Notes: generated by a model from the sequence alone, not told the origin. Positions 12,911 through 29,988 are shown, counted from the stretch's first letter. The stretch is 64,000 bases of DNA from Eledone cirrhosa (GCA_964016885.1 OZ024741.1:324570001-324634000); one strand, 5' to 3'. Translations and numbers: made by a program.

Positions 12911-13766
12911 TAAATAAATATATGTATATATATATATAAATATATATATATATGTGTGTGTGTGTGTGTCTGTGTCTGTGTCTGTGTGTATGTATACAGA
13001 ATTTCTACTTGTACTTATTTGGTATTGTATTGAAGTATTTTCAAATTTCTTGACATGAGGGTAGCTGCCATAGTACCAATTAACTTTATCATTAGCTTGA
13101 CATATTTGCGATTTCTATTACAATGTAATTAATCCCTAATATCGTTTCTAAAATTATTATTATCATTTTTTTAATTATGTATTTTCAGCTACTATTTATA
13201 TTGATTTTTATATAATGATCTGTTCTCATGGCAACAATTTCATTAGTGTAGGAAGAAAAAAATACTTTTTTTTTCAAACATGTAGTCCTTTTGATATGGT
13301 TCCTCTTATTGTTCTATACTCCGCCCTCTCTCTTTCTCTCCAATAACTGACTCAATCACCCTTCTCTTTTCTCCCTCCTTGTGACACTCCCTCTCTCTCT
13401 CTGTCTTTTTCTATTTTCCTTTGTTAATGATTGTTTGTTTCTTGGTGTTTTTCATTTCTTTACTTTTCTTTGCTTGTTTGCTGCGGCATTGGCTGTTGTT
13501 ATTAACGTTGTAATTGTTAACGGAATGATGCTGCAGCTGGTCGTGTTAGTTTTAATGTTGTTGTCATGGTTTCTATTTAGTAATACTAGCTTTCCCTGCG
13601 GTTTTAGACAAGGGATCAAACAACATGCTGTCGCTATTTATGCAAATTAAAGTAGCAAGAGATCTTTATATGTTCTAGGACGTCGTACGCCAGGAAAGTG
13701 CACAACACTATGCGGAATCGTTCCTTCTATTCCTTTTTGAAAATAATGTTTAGACAGACATTCAAT

Positions 13767-13946
13767 AATTGTTTCTACTTTTGGCACAAGGCCAGTAATT
13801 ATCCCAGTGCATTACTGGTACTTTATTTTATCGACCCCATAAGGATGAAGGGCAAAGTTAAGCTAGGCGTGATTTGAACTCAGATCGTAAAGGCCCGTAA
13901 CTCCATGCTGCAAAGCATGGCGTTTGTCCCTCTAACGATACTGCCA
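13767..13946 (-). mobile_element. SINE S1
   Basis: Same consensus as other copies. Confidence 0.85.
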
Positions 13947-14904
13947 AAATGAAAGCTATTTTGAAAGAATTCAAATATTAGAAACCATACAAAATAGGGG
14001 ACAAAATATATTTTAAAGGTGAAGAGAGAAGAGATGAGTAAACTCTACAATTTGTGCTGTGAGCTGTGCAAACAATTACCTTTCCTATTTCTTTTCAAAC
14101 TCACTACAATTTATGACTTATATAACAGATACCTTTCACTTCTCTGCTGTTCCTTTCTGGGCACTCTTTGGGGCCTTGGGATACTCAACATTTGTGAGTC
14201 CATCCTGTCTTCCAGGACAGGTCTCAGGCCCATCACCATTTTTCATAGCGTTGGATGGAGACTGCAGTATATTTTCCGAACATGTCCCTCTACCTAAATC
14301 CTGAATGCGTCCCTTGTTATCCCGCACGAAGGATGATGTAGTATGAATGCTTTTATAGTATCTAACCTTACTTCAGTTTGTGTGGTCTTCGCACCAGACA
14401 CCAATTTTGTACCTTTCTCAGGCCCACGAAAACCTATTTACTGTTTATTTTCTTTTTTTTTTAATTTCGCTATGCCAGGCCTATCTTCTTGGTGTTAAGT
14501 GTGTCTATTTTAGGTAGTTACCATTTCTATTTAAAGCATACTGAAATCCGTACTACTAGTTAAAGAATCACATTTCAGTTTCAAGATACCGTTCCTTCAA
14601 TTTATGTGTGTAAATTGTTCCAGCTTTAGTGAAGACCTGGGCTGCTTCTACTTAGACACCGCTTAATCTGCTAAACTAGAAGGAAAATCTCGCTTTAAAA
14701 TCAAACTATCCTTTTCGAAAAGAATAAAATAAAAAAAGAGAAATAACGTATTGGATAAAATTATCTCAGATACACTATAAATGAAGAAGACAGGATGTTC
14801 AAAGCTGAAAAGCTCTTGATCAATATGTTTCTTGGATCATGTCTGACTTGAAGTTGAACAACAATAATGAAGAACAAGGTGGTTTCAGCTGGTCAGTAGT
14901 TTTT

Positions 14905-15060
14905 CGTCTTGGCCTAGGGATTAGGGTGGTTGAGTTTATGATCATAATATTGTGAGTTCAATCCCATCACCGGGTGGAGTATTGTATCCTGCAGAAAACA
15001 CTTCATATTGCGTTGCTGTTGTCTGATCAGCTGGAAACGAATACTAGCTGGAATTGGAGG
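14905..15060 (+). mobile_element. Old tRNA-derived SINE (family S2)
   Basis: tggcctagggattagg...gagttcaatccc...ttgtatcctgcagaaaacactt; related copy at 59870-59960. Confidence 0.5.
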
Positions 15061-15803
15061 TTAACCTTATGATTAAGTAACTTTCTCTCCAGGAGAAAGT
15101 CTTTTACTCACAGTAGCTTACCGGAAATGGAACTAGGATAAGCTAATAAGTCTCAAAATCTAAGCTAATAAGCTAATAAGTCTGAAAACCTTCAAAATAA
15201 TTCTTCTTTTAAGTATCACAGTATAGTAGCCGTGATCTTCCGTCTTCTTGAATAGCTGTCTGCTATTCTATTGAGACGACCGCTTACAGTCCTTTTCCTC
15301 TAATCCAGGAGACAGAAACATTGGCAACTCTTCTCCAAAACATACACAGGCTTCTGAAGGCATGGGGCTTGGTTTTTAGGGCGTTAGGCTCACGCTAGTA
15401 ATTTTGTGAGTTCCATTCTCCGCGTCGCTTTGTATCCTTGCCCCAATCCACTGAACTGGAAAGATTCTCTTGCACCTCTAACGCAAAGACCCAGCTTTGT
15501 GTTACATATCTGTGAAATGCTTAAACATGTGTGTGGATCAAGCAACAGTCCTCGTTGAAATTGACGAAGATCCAATAACACAGGCTTCGGAAAAAACATG
15601 AACGTATCTTTTAAATTATTTCACTACACAATGAAGTAAAAATTTACAATTTTACTTGAAATTATCTTATGTAAAACCAAGCTATAAAAATGAACGTTTA
15701 TATTAAATTGAGAGCACGAGTTCGATGAGACTTCCTTGAAACTTGTTAACATATTCTATATATTTTAAATACCTACTGAATAATTCAGCATCAGATAATT
15801 ATC

Positions 15804-15887
<84 letters not shown>
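15804..15887. repeat. (TAT)n microsatellite
   Basis: Pure run; a second run lies at 16557-16655. Confidence 0.95.
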
Positions 15888-18250
<2,363 letters not shown>

Positions 18251-19052
18251 GGATGGCAAAGTTTGTGGCACCCATACTAAGGCAACGGACAACTAAAGCA
18301 GCGGCAGCAGTGGCGGCAACACCAACAGTCGCAGTAGCTACGCCGGCGGTAAAATCGCCGGAGCGGGCTCCACTACCACCACCGCAGTGGAGCTCATGCC
18401 CCTCCCGGACGCCGTGGGGTCCGACATGGAGTGTGAGGCGGGAGGCAAGTGGCAAACGGTCTGCCACAAAAAAAAAAACAATAAACAAAAAAACCCTTAG
18501 CTTCACCCTCCAAAAGCGAAGGCAGACAAAAAGGGGTAAAGGCTGCAAGGAGACTTGCAGCAACACCACCACCATCACTATCACCACCACAAGCATCAGC
18601 ACCAATAACAACCACACCACCACGAACATCACCAAAAACACCAACATCGCAAACACAACAAAACACACACACCCAACAGCAACAATAAGAAAACAGCCAC
18701 AAAATCACCCCTCCTCCAAAAAAGTACACATCCATAAACATGGCAAATAAAGAACTCTTACAACATATAAAGCAGCACAGACATCAGAGAGAAAAAAGCT
18801 ACTACACCACACCAACACCAAGACTCTCCCGACAAGCATAAACATCATTGAGATCAAAATAGAACATTACAAACTTTCAAAAGAAAAATTCCCCAACACA
18901 GTTGGAGACTTCAGAGGGTCGGTTACCAAGAGGATATACATCTACATCCTCTTGGAAACACCCATGATCAGCCAAAGGGACGGATCTACTGTCCCTTCAC
19001 CACACGATCAAGGTAAGTGATCCTTTCTCACTTACCCCGTTTCTCATTCAAC

Positions 19053-21718
19053 ATGGCCGTACTTAGAATAGGCAGTATAAATGTACTGGACCGGGGTCAT
19101 TTTGGAAGCAGGGTCACCTGCTCAACGATCTCAGGTCACTATACATAGATGTGGTGGCCATCAGCAAGATCAGAATCTCCGAAGTACGAGCCTTCGCACC
19201 GATCATCGGCGGCTACGATGTATACGAATCTTTTAGCCGTCCAGGATCGGGGGGGAGGGGTTGCCGTGCGTTTTCGGAGAGGCTTGGATCTCGCCATACG
19301 GGCCATCTTCCTGGACCCAGAAGATAAGTCGGTGGTGCTGGATGTGACCCGCAGCGAAGGCAATGCTTTCAGTCTAGTAGCCGTCTACGCCGCAACAAGG
19401 GCAGGACGGCCAAATTTCTTCAGACGTCTAGAAGCCTTTCTTGGAACGTCCCGCTCTTTAGTGTTAGTGGGCGTATGAAACGGTATGTTAGATGCACGCT
19501 GGGATTATATGGGGCTAGTAGATAGGGCAGGAGGGTGTAAAAGCCCCAACAACCTGCTGAAATGTTTTCAACTGTCTGACAGGTATAGACTGGACTATCC
19601 GAATGTACCAATGTGGACATGGGCAAACCGCATCGGGTCATCCAGATCGTAGTTGGATAGGGTATTCTGTAGGGAAACAGATAAGGCTAGTATAGGTTGT
19701 CCACAATTTAAAGTAGTCGACTACACGGACCACAAATTTGTGATCTGTGAAGTTGACTTAGATAGACTCCATAGGCAAGGGCTCGGCTATTGGAAGCTGA
19801 ACGATCGTTCACGGCGCGCAAAGATTACAGAGACCGGATTAGCAAATTAGTTAAGCAGGCGTTGACGGGTGCGATCGTCAACAACAGGTGGTGGTTTACC
19901 CTGAAAAGGGCTATTAGAGTAGAATCGATAAGGTTTAGGAAAGGAGTAGTGATAGAGGAAAATAGAGTAGAGGGATAGTTAGTTAGAAAGCTAGAAGAGG
20001 CGTTTAGGATAGGCATCGCAACCGACTTGTTTGCGGCGAGATTGGCACTCGACCAATTCTTCAATGCAAAGCATGAAGGCTGCGTTGTCAGAGCTAGAAC
20101 GCGTGCTCTAAGACACGAGGGGACGAAATCCGTTCAATGGGCCCGGGTGGTGGAGGCGCGACGTGGAAACAAGTCCACAATTCGGTCTTTTCCTAATCAA
20201 AACGGGCGCATGCTGCTCGAACCCGAGCAGATGTGTGCGGCTTTTCAACAGCACTTTGCTCAATTGTTCGGGAGCGGCGGCGGGCAGGATCTGAGTATGG
20301 ACTTCGGTGCATACCTCGACGGACTACCGCGGCTCTCGACGACCGCAGCGAAAAGCCGATAACAGCAGGTGAAATACGGGGCGCGATGTCTGACTGTACG
20401 AGGGGTAAATCGCCAGGTTTGGATGGTCTTCCCTACGAGCTTTAAGCATATATGCCAGACTTGTTCGGTGACCTCTTGGCAGATGTCTACTGCAACTGGC
20501 AGCAGAACGGGAACATTCCCAGATTTGTGAGCCGGGTAGCAGTGGCACTGCTGAGAAAAGACCCAAACAAGGGGGATGTTATAGACAACTTCAGGCCCAT
20601 AATTCTGGTAAACGCAGAGTTTAAGTTTTTGGCCAAGGTGTTAGGAAAGAGATTGGCACTTGTCGTCGTTGATCTAGTGGGAGAAGCGCAGAAATGCGCC
20701 ATCCCGGACAGATCCATCCACGACAACCTCCATCTCATGCGATACATCAGAGAGAGGGTGGTTAAGGAACCTGGCACAGATGGGGCCCTGATCAACTGGG
20801 ATCAATCTAACGCATTTGATAGGGTCGACCAACGGGCCAATGGGCCGAGAGAAGGCTGTCTCTGAAAGGTCGGGCGGAGGTGGCGAATGCGTACATAGCG
20901 TCCGTCATCTGCTTCCGCCTGATCGTCGTACCTTTCCCCCACCCAATTCTGACCAAAATGGAGCGCCTTCTCTTCCACCTTTTGTGGAGGGGACGTGCTC
21001 CCATGGTCAGACGATCCATTTGCTGTCAACACCCGTTGCGTGGAGGACTAGGCATGCCGTGGCTGATGGTGCGCAAACATGCGCTGAGGCTGCGACATCT
21101 CTGGTGCTTCCTTGACGGTGAACAGGTGTGGTCGCCGTTTGCCAGACGCGATTTCCCCCAGCTCGTCCCCTTGACGGAGATGCAGTCCTGGATCAGGAAA
21201 AGACCGAGAGATAGCGCTTGGAAGCTGGAATGTCTCCAAGCGCTCACCGTCCTCTAACGACTGGGCACTAGTACCGGTGGAACATCCACCTCGGCATTCT
21301 ATAGAGGACTAGTAGAGGCAAAGAGCGACGACGTTCTCGGGGAGACCCTGGACGTCGAAGACGATCAGCTGTTCGCTCTCTTCAAGACAACTTTCAGACC
21401 GAGGCCTATGGACAACTTCCAGAAATCCCTGGCCTGGCAGTGCTTCCGGGAAGCGTTGCCGGTTCGAGATAAGCTCTGCAGGCACGGACGTGCTGTCAGC
21501 CGAGCCTGTCCGAGATGCGTGCATGACGACGAAACCGTCCTGCACGCACTCTTTCAGTGCCCGAAGATTGCTGACTTGTGGAGCTATGTCGAACAGCTGC
21601 TGTCGCGTGTAGGACGGATCCGGTTATCGACTGAGTCCATTGTGCAGATGGTCTCGCCGTCTTCCTTCGAGGAGGAAGGGCAGGCGGTTTTCATCTACCT
21701 GGTGGCCATGGCGAAAGT
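19053..21718 (+). pseudogene. Tx1/L1-clade LINE ORF2 (APE endonuclease-RT-CCHC), frameshifted and internally deleted
   Basis: MAVLRIGSINV, GGGVAV, LVAVYA, LDRVF, TDHKFV, YWKLN, KSPGLDGLPYE, NFRPIIL, DQSNAFDRVD; jumps at ~20830 to the thumb region. Confidence 0.9.
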
Positions 21719-21993
21719 ATGATGTCGATGAGGTTTCCATAACCAACATTATTCAAAGTCTTTTTTCTATTTCCTCAATCTGATCATTGAAACACGTTAC
21801 AATAGTAAAAACTGAATATATGGCAAAGGCGCCAGATTCTACTAGTCGTATACTATGATCTTATGTAAGAACGGTAACCATTAGGATAATATACATAAAT
21901 CAACATCCCCCGACCCAGCCTGGTATTGAATTGTATGTTAATGTTTAAGGTAATAAAAAGAAATAGTCTATTTACATGTCTTTTGATGTGTGC

Positions 21994-22041
<48 letters not shown>

Positions 22042-22052
22042 ATGTATGTGAG

Positions 22053-22096
<44 letters not shown>

Positions 22097-22149
22097 AGTG
22101 CGTGTATGTGTGCATGTGTGTATGTGTGTGACTGTGTGTGTGTGTGTCA

Positions 22150-22285
22150 GGTCGCTCTTCGGCATTACGAGTGACATGTAACCCAGTACAATTTGTGCAT
22201 AGTAGGGTCGTCGGTGCAGAGGGTGATTTTGGACACCGCGAAAGAAGAAAAACAAAACCCGTCAAAGGGTGGAGAAACTCAGGAG
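22150..22285 (+). mobile_element. Fragment of a repeat also at 26660-26850 and 27217-27490 (possible RTE-type 5' region)
   Basis: Shared aaaacaaaaccc..agggtggag.aactcagg and gagtcaacggccatcc motifs. Confidence 0.45.
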
Positions 22286-22576
22286 AGTATATATTTTTTG
22301 CTTGATTTTTTTGTACACACCACTGTCCCTATCTTTTTGTTGTTGTCTCCTTTAATGTAAGCCCTTGTGGCCAATAGTAAAGAAATCATGTGGTTAATAA
22401 AGAAATTGTTATTATTATTATTTTTCATTGTTTTTCTTTTTTTACATCCTCTGTTTATGTTTTTTTTTACACGCAGAAATGCCCATTTGTACCGTCCTGC
22501 ATTGTCCTGTGTTGTCCGTAATGTTATACTTTGAGTCAACCCTTGTGGTTAATAAAGAAAGCATTATTATTATTAT

Positions 22577-22832
22577 TGGTACCAGTAATGTACTGGGTAA
22601 TTGCTGGCCTTGTGCCTAAAATAAAAACAATTATTATTATTATTGGTGGATTGGCAGTACCGGTAGAGGGTCGGAAGCCATGCTTTGACGCATAGAGATA
22701 CGGCCCTTTCCATTCTGAGTTAAAATGCCGCCGAGGTTAACTTTGCCTTTCATCCTTTCGGGGTCGATAAAATAAAGTACCAGTAATGCACTGGGTTAAT
22801 TGCTGGCCTTGTGCCAAAAGTAGAAACAATTA
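22577..22832 (+). mobile_element. SINE S1: 3' fragment plus full copy
   Basis: Consensus match, in an (ATT)n context. Confidence 0.85.
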
Positions 22833-22854
22833 TTATTATTAATAGTATTAGTTT

Positions 22855-24056
22855 AAGGCATTAGATAACTTCAGATCCATAACTCTGCTCAACACAGAGT
22901 TTAAGCTTTTGGCCAAGCTGTTAGCGAAGAGGTGCAAACTTGTGCAATCCCGACCATGTCCATACACGACAACCTCCACCTCATGCGATACATCATAGAG
23001 TGGGTAGGGTGTAAACCTTGCTTCGGTGGGGCTCTGATCAATTTAGAACAATCGAAAGCATTCAATATGGTCGACTATCGGTACCTGGAGTCTGTCCTCA
23101 ATGCTGCTGGCTTCGGCCCCGTGTTCAGAAGCTGGATTGCTGCAATGCACAGCGGGTTCTGCTCTTCAAATTCGTGTGGAGGGGACAGGTTCCGTTGCTG
23201 AGGCGGTCCATCTGCTGCCAGCACCCTCTACGTGGAGGGCTGGGCATGCCATGGCCAATGATGCGCAGACACGCGCTGAGGCTGCGGCATCTCCAGATAT
23301 TCTGCTTAAACGGTGAACAGGTGTGGTCACCGTTTGTCAGACGGGCATTTCCGCAGCTCATCTCTTTGACTGAGCTACAGTCCTGGGTCAGGAAGAGACC
23401 GAGACTGAGTGACTGGCATCTGGAATGTTGCCAGGCACTCACTGCCCTCTACCACTCTCGAGTTATATAGATGATTAGTGGTGCGCAAGTGCGACGATGC
23501 ACTCGGAGAGCTCTGGGCGCCGACGAAGTCGAACTAACCAGTCTGTTCCGGAGGACTTTCGAGCCGGGGTCGATGGATAACTTCCAAAAATCCCTCTCTT
23601 GGCAGTGCTACCGGGGAGGCACTGCCGGTTCAAGAGAAACTCTACAGGCACGGAATTGCTGTCAAACGGACCTGCCAGAGCTGCGCGCAGAGCGACGAAA
23701 CCGTTCTGCATGCACTAGTCCAGTGTCCGTGCATTACTGACTCATGGAGTTATGTCGCGTGTAGAATGGATCCAGCTATCGACCGAGTCCATAGTGAAGA
23801 TCGACCCGCCGCCTTCTTTTGGCCAGGAAGGGCAGGAAATTTTCCTGTGTCTGGAAAGAAAGATGTGGAGAAAGAAGTGCTGCCTCCCAGTACATTTGCT
23901 GAAAGGTGGGTGAATGTGGCGAGAATGGTTCGTGGGAGTGGGCCTGCTCTGATCATGCGCCTATATTTTTACACGTTTTATATGTAAACCCCCACTGTCC
24001 CTGTCTAGTGTATTGTCCCCTATATGTCGGCCCTTGTGGCCAATAAAAGAAACCAT
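22855..24056 (+). pseudogene. Third Tx1-like copy with several internal deletions and its 3' tail
   Basis: DNFRSITLLN, SIHDNLHLMRY, RGGLGMPW, CQSCAQSDETVLHALVQCP; tail cccttgtggccaataaaagaaa. Confidence 0.85.
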
Positions 24057-24119
24057 TATTAGTAGCGGCAGTGCTAGTAACAGCAGCAACAGCATCAGGG
24101 GGAATAATGTCGTGCCTAC

Positions 24120-24395
24120 CATCCGACCTGCAGCGATCGCCATTCGCCGATGTCAAATCTGCCATGCAAAAATTCGTTCAGACACCCCCCGCCCCTCTTT
24201 TGCTCTACATGTCCTCTGCGATGAAGAGGAGGAATCGTCTGAACACCTCTGGCTACGATGCCCTGCATTGGCGATCGAGAGATACCATCACCAACTCGGC
24301 ACATCCTTAGAGGAATTAGTCCGTCTCCCAATCGCATCTCTAGCGCTTCTGAAGAGGATCCTCAGGCGCCTGAGGTGAATAAAAAAAAAAAACAC
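24120..24395 (+). mobile_element. 3' fragment of a LINE with a C-terminal zinc knuckle and A tail
   Basis: LCDEEEESSEHLWLRCPAL...LRRLR* then aataaaaaaaaaaa. Confidence 0.5.
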
Positions 24396-24401
24396 AGCAG
24401 C

Positions 24402-24457
<56 letters not shown>

Positions 24458-24544
24458 CAGCAGAAGCAGTAGTAGTAGCAGTAGCAGCAGCATAGCAGCA
24501 GCAGTAGTAGTAGCAATAGTAGTAGTAGTAATAGCAGCAGCAGC

Positions 24545-24630
<86 letters not shown>
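24396..24630. repeat. (AGT)n/(AGC)n compound microsatellite
   Basis: Direct reading; similar tracts at 25460-25665, 25949-26095 and 26183-26305. Confidence 0.95.
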
Positions 24631-24631
<1 letters not shown>

Positions 24632-24640
24632 AATTGTAAA

Positions 24641-25141
24641 ATAATTGTTTCTACTTTTTGGCACAAGGCCAGCAATTATCCCAGTGCGTGACTGGTACTT
24701 TATTTTATCGACTCCGTAAGGATGAAAGGCAAAGTTAACCACGGCGGGATTTGAACTCATATCGTAAAGGACCGTAACTCTATGCTGGAAAGCATGGCGC
24801 CCAACCTTCTACCGGTACTGCCAAGTAGTAGTAAAATAATTGTTTCTACTTTTGGCACAAGGCCAGCAAATACCCAGAGTACATTACTGCTACTTTATTT
24901 TATCGACCCGACCCCGTATGGATGAAAGGCAAAGTTAACCTCGGCGGGATTTAGTAAAATAATTGTTTCTACTTTTGGCACAAGGCCAGCAAATACCCAG
25001 TACATTACTGCTACTTTATTTTATCGACCCGACCCCGTATGGATGAAAGGCAAAGTTAACCTCGGCGGGATTTGAACTCAGATCATAAAGGGACGTAACT
25101 ATGCTGGAAAGCATGTCCGACCCTCTACCGATGCTGCCAAT
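24641..25141 (-). mobile_element. Three clustered SINE S1 copies (one a tandem partial duplication)
   Basis: 24641-24823, 24836-24952 and 24959-25141; the last two share a gaccc duplication. Confidence 0.85.
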
Positions 25142-25624
25142 TTTAGTAAAATAATGAACGTGAAGGTATACTACTGCAATGACAAGTATATGATGCTTTG
25201 GGTGATAATGCTGATGACGACGTTGCTGATCATGTTGATAGTAGTGCTGATAAACATTTATTAATGTTTGATGTAAATGATGATGAGGATGACAACGATG
25301 ATAATGACAATGAAGAATTAGTGGAGGTAGGGGTGGGGGAGGCCAAGTGGAGATGAAACAAGATAAAAGATGAGGGAGGAATGTGAACTAATTTCGTGTC
25401 TACATCTGTAACGAAAGATGTCTAACGTTGGCGCCACAGGTATGTGTGCCGATGTCATCGTCGTAGTAGTAGTGGTGGTGGTGGTAGTAGTAGTAGAAGT
25501 GGTGGTGGTGATGGTAGTGATAGTAGTAGTGGTGGTGGTAGTAGTGGTGGTGGTGGTGGTAGTAGTAGTGGTGGTAGTGGTGGTGGTAATAGAAGTAGTT
25601 GTAATAGTAGTATTAGTGGTGGTG

Positions 25625-25660
<36 letters not shown>

Positions 25661-25665
25661 ATAGT

Positions 25666-25946
25666 GATTTCATTTATTGGCCACAAGGGCCGACATATAG
25701 GGGACAATACAAAAGACTGGGACAGTGAGGTTTTACAGAAAAATCGAGTAAACAATATGAATAACAATAACAAAGCAACAATAAAAATACAAGAAAAATT
25801 ACCCAATAGGGGAAATGACCACCCAGGGTTCGCTCAGGTACCCCACCAATCCTGAACGACCCGACGCTTCGAGAGCACCCTGGAAGGGCACCCCTCTCCT
25901 TCTCAAATTTACCCACCTACAGGCGCATGACCAGACTAGGCCAACT
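25666..25946 (-). mobile_element. Tx1-like 3' UTR fragment
   Basis: Reverse complement of the 23994-24050 tail (tattgtcccctatatgtcggcccttgtggccaataaa). Confidence 0.7.
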
Positions 25947-26047
25947 CAGTAGTAGTAGTAGTAGTAGTAGTAATAGTAATAGTAGTAGTAGTGGGGTTGG
26001 TGGTGGTAGTAGTATTAGTAGTAGTAGTGGTGGTGTTGGTGGTGGTG

Positions 26048-26078
<31 letters not shown>

Positions 26079-26095
26079 CATTATTATTATTATTA

Positions 26096-26183
26096 TCCCG
26101 CCGAGGTTAACTTTGCCTTTCATCCTTACGGGGTCGATAAAATAAAGTAATTGCTGGCCTTGTGCCTAAAGTAGAAACAATTA
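26096..26183 (+). mobile_element. SINE S1 3' half
   Basis: tcccgccgaggttaactttgcc...gtagaaacaatt. Confidence 0.8.
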
Positions 26184-26206
26184 TTATTAGTAGTAGTAGT
26201 AGTAGC

Positions 26207-26251
<45 letters not shown>

Positions 26252-27879
26252 TGTTGTTGTAGTATTATTAGTAGTTGTAGTAGTAGTGGTGGTGGTGGTA
26301 GTGGTAGACAGTCGTCGTCTTAGTAGTGGGAGTGGTGTGGGTGATGTCGTTATTGGTACAGCCGACATATCCTGCACACTACCACCAATCTCACCACCTA
26401 TATCATATTGATATTATCCTCATTAACAGTCATGGACAGCAATCCCAGCATGCACTCCGGTCGAGACTTTGATTTTTACATTGGCGTTCTTAATTTCCGG
26501 TAGAAATTAGAGATAAGGAAAGCGCAAGACATGTGATGCGTGTAGGTGGGATAGGGTGCTACAGCATTCCTGTCTCTGACTGTGTGTATATGGATGTGTG
26601 CGGATGTGTGTAGGAGTTGGATAGTGAGTGTGTATGTATCTATGTATGTACGTATGTATGTTAGGTTACTCTTTAGCACTACTGGTAACATGTGATGTAG
26701 TACAGCCTGTGCATGGTTGGGTCGTCACCGAATAAGCCGACAACCCCACCAAGCTTGCAAGGTGAGGAGAATGATGTTAGACAACTTGCGGCATCAAAAA
26801 CAAAACCCATAATAGGGTGGAGGAACTCAGGTGAGTCAACGGCCATCCAACAAAGTATTTGTTTTTTAGAGAAGCTGCGGAGTGAGTGACCCCTAGTCTT
26901 CATTAAGACATCGTTCGTTTGCATCCAATGATGTAGACCAGTACTACTTTTTAGGTAAATGCATTCGATGTTCAGAGATTGGGATTGGCTCCGTGTAAAC
27001 CCTTTCCTCGCTTAAAAAAGCTTCAAGCAAAGGCATCGCTTGATATATGACACCTTTTGCATTGTATGGCATGGCTGCCCGTATAAAAGTCACTAGCAGG
27101 ATTAAAATGCCACGTCCGTACTGCTCATGTTTAAGTATCAGGCGATAGTATTACTCGAAATCGAGTTGCAACCATCATGCATACATGTATGTATGGATGT
27201 TTGTATGTATTATTATAGGGCGGAAGAACTCATAAGAGTCAACGGCCATCCCAAAGTTTGTACATATGTATATACACATGTACCGCGCGGTTAAACCACT
27301 GGGAGTGAAGGACCGCTAGCCTTTGTCAGGGCATTCTTCTAGGAGGCAACTCAGGAAACTGGGATAACTCCGATTTAAAACCTGCGGCTCAGTAGTTACC
27401 GATGATGTTGATCTTTTCTTCTTTTCGGGTTATAGCTACTGTCGCTCAGAGAGTGGGATTGGCTCAGTGCACAGTCTTTCCTCGCTTTAAAAACTATCTT
27501 CACGCACAAGCATTGCACGATAGAATTAATTAATAATTATTAATAATTGTATATCGTGCAATGGCCATACTCGATAACGAGGGGGCAGCCATCATATGTA
27601 TTATGCATGTATGTATCCATGTATGTATGTACGTACGGATGTTCGTGAAAGAGGTATAGTAATGTAGGAGTTAAATGATAAGTGTGTGTGTGATATTCAA
27701 AATATGTGTGAGAGTGAGTAATATAGAAGGGTTAGTTAGTTGTTAGGCTGGGTTTCAGAATTGGGGCAAGACCACAATGTCCCTATTCTATACGTACATG
27801 TCTATCATTGCCACCTTCAGGTCCAGGAGAAGATTTCAGGCCAGTATTCTACTTCAGGTTGTCAATGAATGCAAACATA

Positions 27880-28170
27880 ATTCCACCAAGCTTTCCGCTC
27901 CGCGCCGTGGATACCATAGGACCGTTTTGACGCTTCCTATTCTGAATTTTGTGTGCAATGTCCTCATAGGCGGAATCGATGTATACTAATCGTTTTATTT
28001 ACACATGGCAGATTTCCATGCAGTATTTTGTAACAACTATGTAGATTATTTTCTATATGTTTTATGAGTATCCATATCTCTGTCGTACAAGAGCCCCGAT
28101 TTAACAAGGGCTAGAAACAAATTTGTCTTTATTTCTCTAGGAATTCCAGACCTCCACACATTGTGCAGCT
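27880..28170 (-). pseudogene. Decayed RTE-like C-terminal fragment
   Basis: VWRSGIPREIKTNLFLALVKSGLLY resembles IWKSNLLAKLKRNFFRAAVEFVLVY at ~31900-31980. Confidence 0.5.
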
Positions 28171-28294
28171 TTTGGCATCATATCTGTGCTCGAACTTTGC
28201 TGGTTTTACTTTGAATTGGTAGAGCGTCGGAAAAATGTTTTGCATTATTTAATTACAACTTTGTATGTTCTGAGACCAAATCTTTCCAAAGTCA

Positions 28295-28390
<96 letters not shown>

Positions 28391-28950
28391 TGCGTGCGAG
28401 AGTGTGTCCGTGTCTATGTTTATGATTGTGTATGTATGTGTGTTTAACGCCGGGAACTTAACGGTTTAATAATTCTGCAAAAGAGATCAATGAAATAAGT
28501 ACCTAAACTGACATGAATAAAATACATACATTAAATCTATATGGTCGACGACAATCACATAAAAGCAGGGCCCCAGCATGGCCTAAGTCTAATCTCTGTA
28601 AAAGTCAGTACGGTTAAACGAATATGCATCAGATTAAAGCTATTTGTCAGCGCCCCATCGTCTGCATATGTTATAGCTATTGCACGATGCTAATAATAAG
28701 GACAACGCACAGTAGTACAATTATACTGAATTAGTGAAAATTACTCATAAAAACATTATTTCTACTTGACTGTAATTTTCGTAATAAATTCTTCCGATTG
28801 CAAATGAAATTCTAATCATATCGATTAGTTCCACCAATAGAATGGTAGATGTAAAGCTGGAGTAATTCATTGGTTGTGGTTGGTGGCATCGTTGAAGTAT
28901 AAGATGTGGTAGATAGTGTGAGCAGGTGAAATATATATATATAAATATCG

Positions 28951-29113
28951 CAATAATAATAAATGTGAAGACTAAAATCCAAAGAGGGCTCGATAAGGAT
29001 AAATATATATCAAATATATAAGAACCCTAGAGCAAATATTTATTTAAATAACAGATTAAAGTTTAAGCAAAGAATCTCTGATTTCACCCTTAACGGGATC
29101 TTCTGAAGTTTCA

Positions 29114-29116
<3 letters not shown>
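28951..29116 (-). mobile_element. Solo fragment of the PLE-D pseudo-LTR end with hammerhead variant and 9-nt terminal inversion
   Basis: Matches ~44305-44464; has the CAGAAGA core; ends ttctgaa|gtttcagaa then (TA)n. Confidence 0.8.
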
Positions 29117-29203
<87 letters not shown>

Positions 29204-29205
<2 letters not shown>

Positions 29206-29988
29206 CTTTCTCTGTTAATGTATTAAATGATATACTCTTGGATGGCCAGATATGAAAATTCCAGATATTTAGGTATGACTTTCTTTATTTATTCTTTATA
29301 TGAAATATTGATTGCTTTTTCCTGTATCTCATGTCTGATATTTTTGCCTGAGAAAATATCTATATGTGTGTATAGATGGTGCGTACATATATTTATTATT
29401 ATTTTTTAATATCTCTATGTGTGTATTGATGATACATACATATATTTATTTTTTAATATCCAATTGAGTTCTTAAACACGTGGTTAAAATACGTAACAGG
29501 CTTCAATGACCAGCGTGTATATTATTTTATATTTTACGATGACCTCCCCTTTCTCTTTTGGGGACATTGTGAATTTTCTTTTTGAAGGACTACTGGCTTT
29601 TCAAATTTAGCTGTCCTTTTAGCACTGACTGAGACCATCACTGATTATTAATATCGATGTAGTTTTTTATATCGATATTGCATGGGCATCCACTGATGAG
29701 TTATAAGGACCCGCTTGTGTGTATATCTATGGATTATATACAAGTTTCTACATAACTTGGACATTATTTATCCCAAATTGTAGAAATCTTATAACGAAAC
29801 GATCGTATGGAAGGAAAGAGAGATTTATTTAATTATGTCTCATATAAAATAATACAACCAGCTATCCATGGAATACTGTATAGTTAGCACCTCAAACACT
29901 AAATTGGGATTATACTTAGGTATATCCTGTTTGTTGAGTTTGATGGAGTTGGTCAGAGTATCGCTTATAGCTTTCTCTGTTAATGTAT

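Noticed and set aside
14133-14293. Possible minus-strand host exon bounded by AG and GT
   Set aside because: Stops in all three frames, weak polypyrimidine tract and no recognisable protein.
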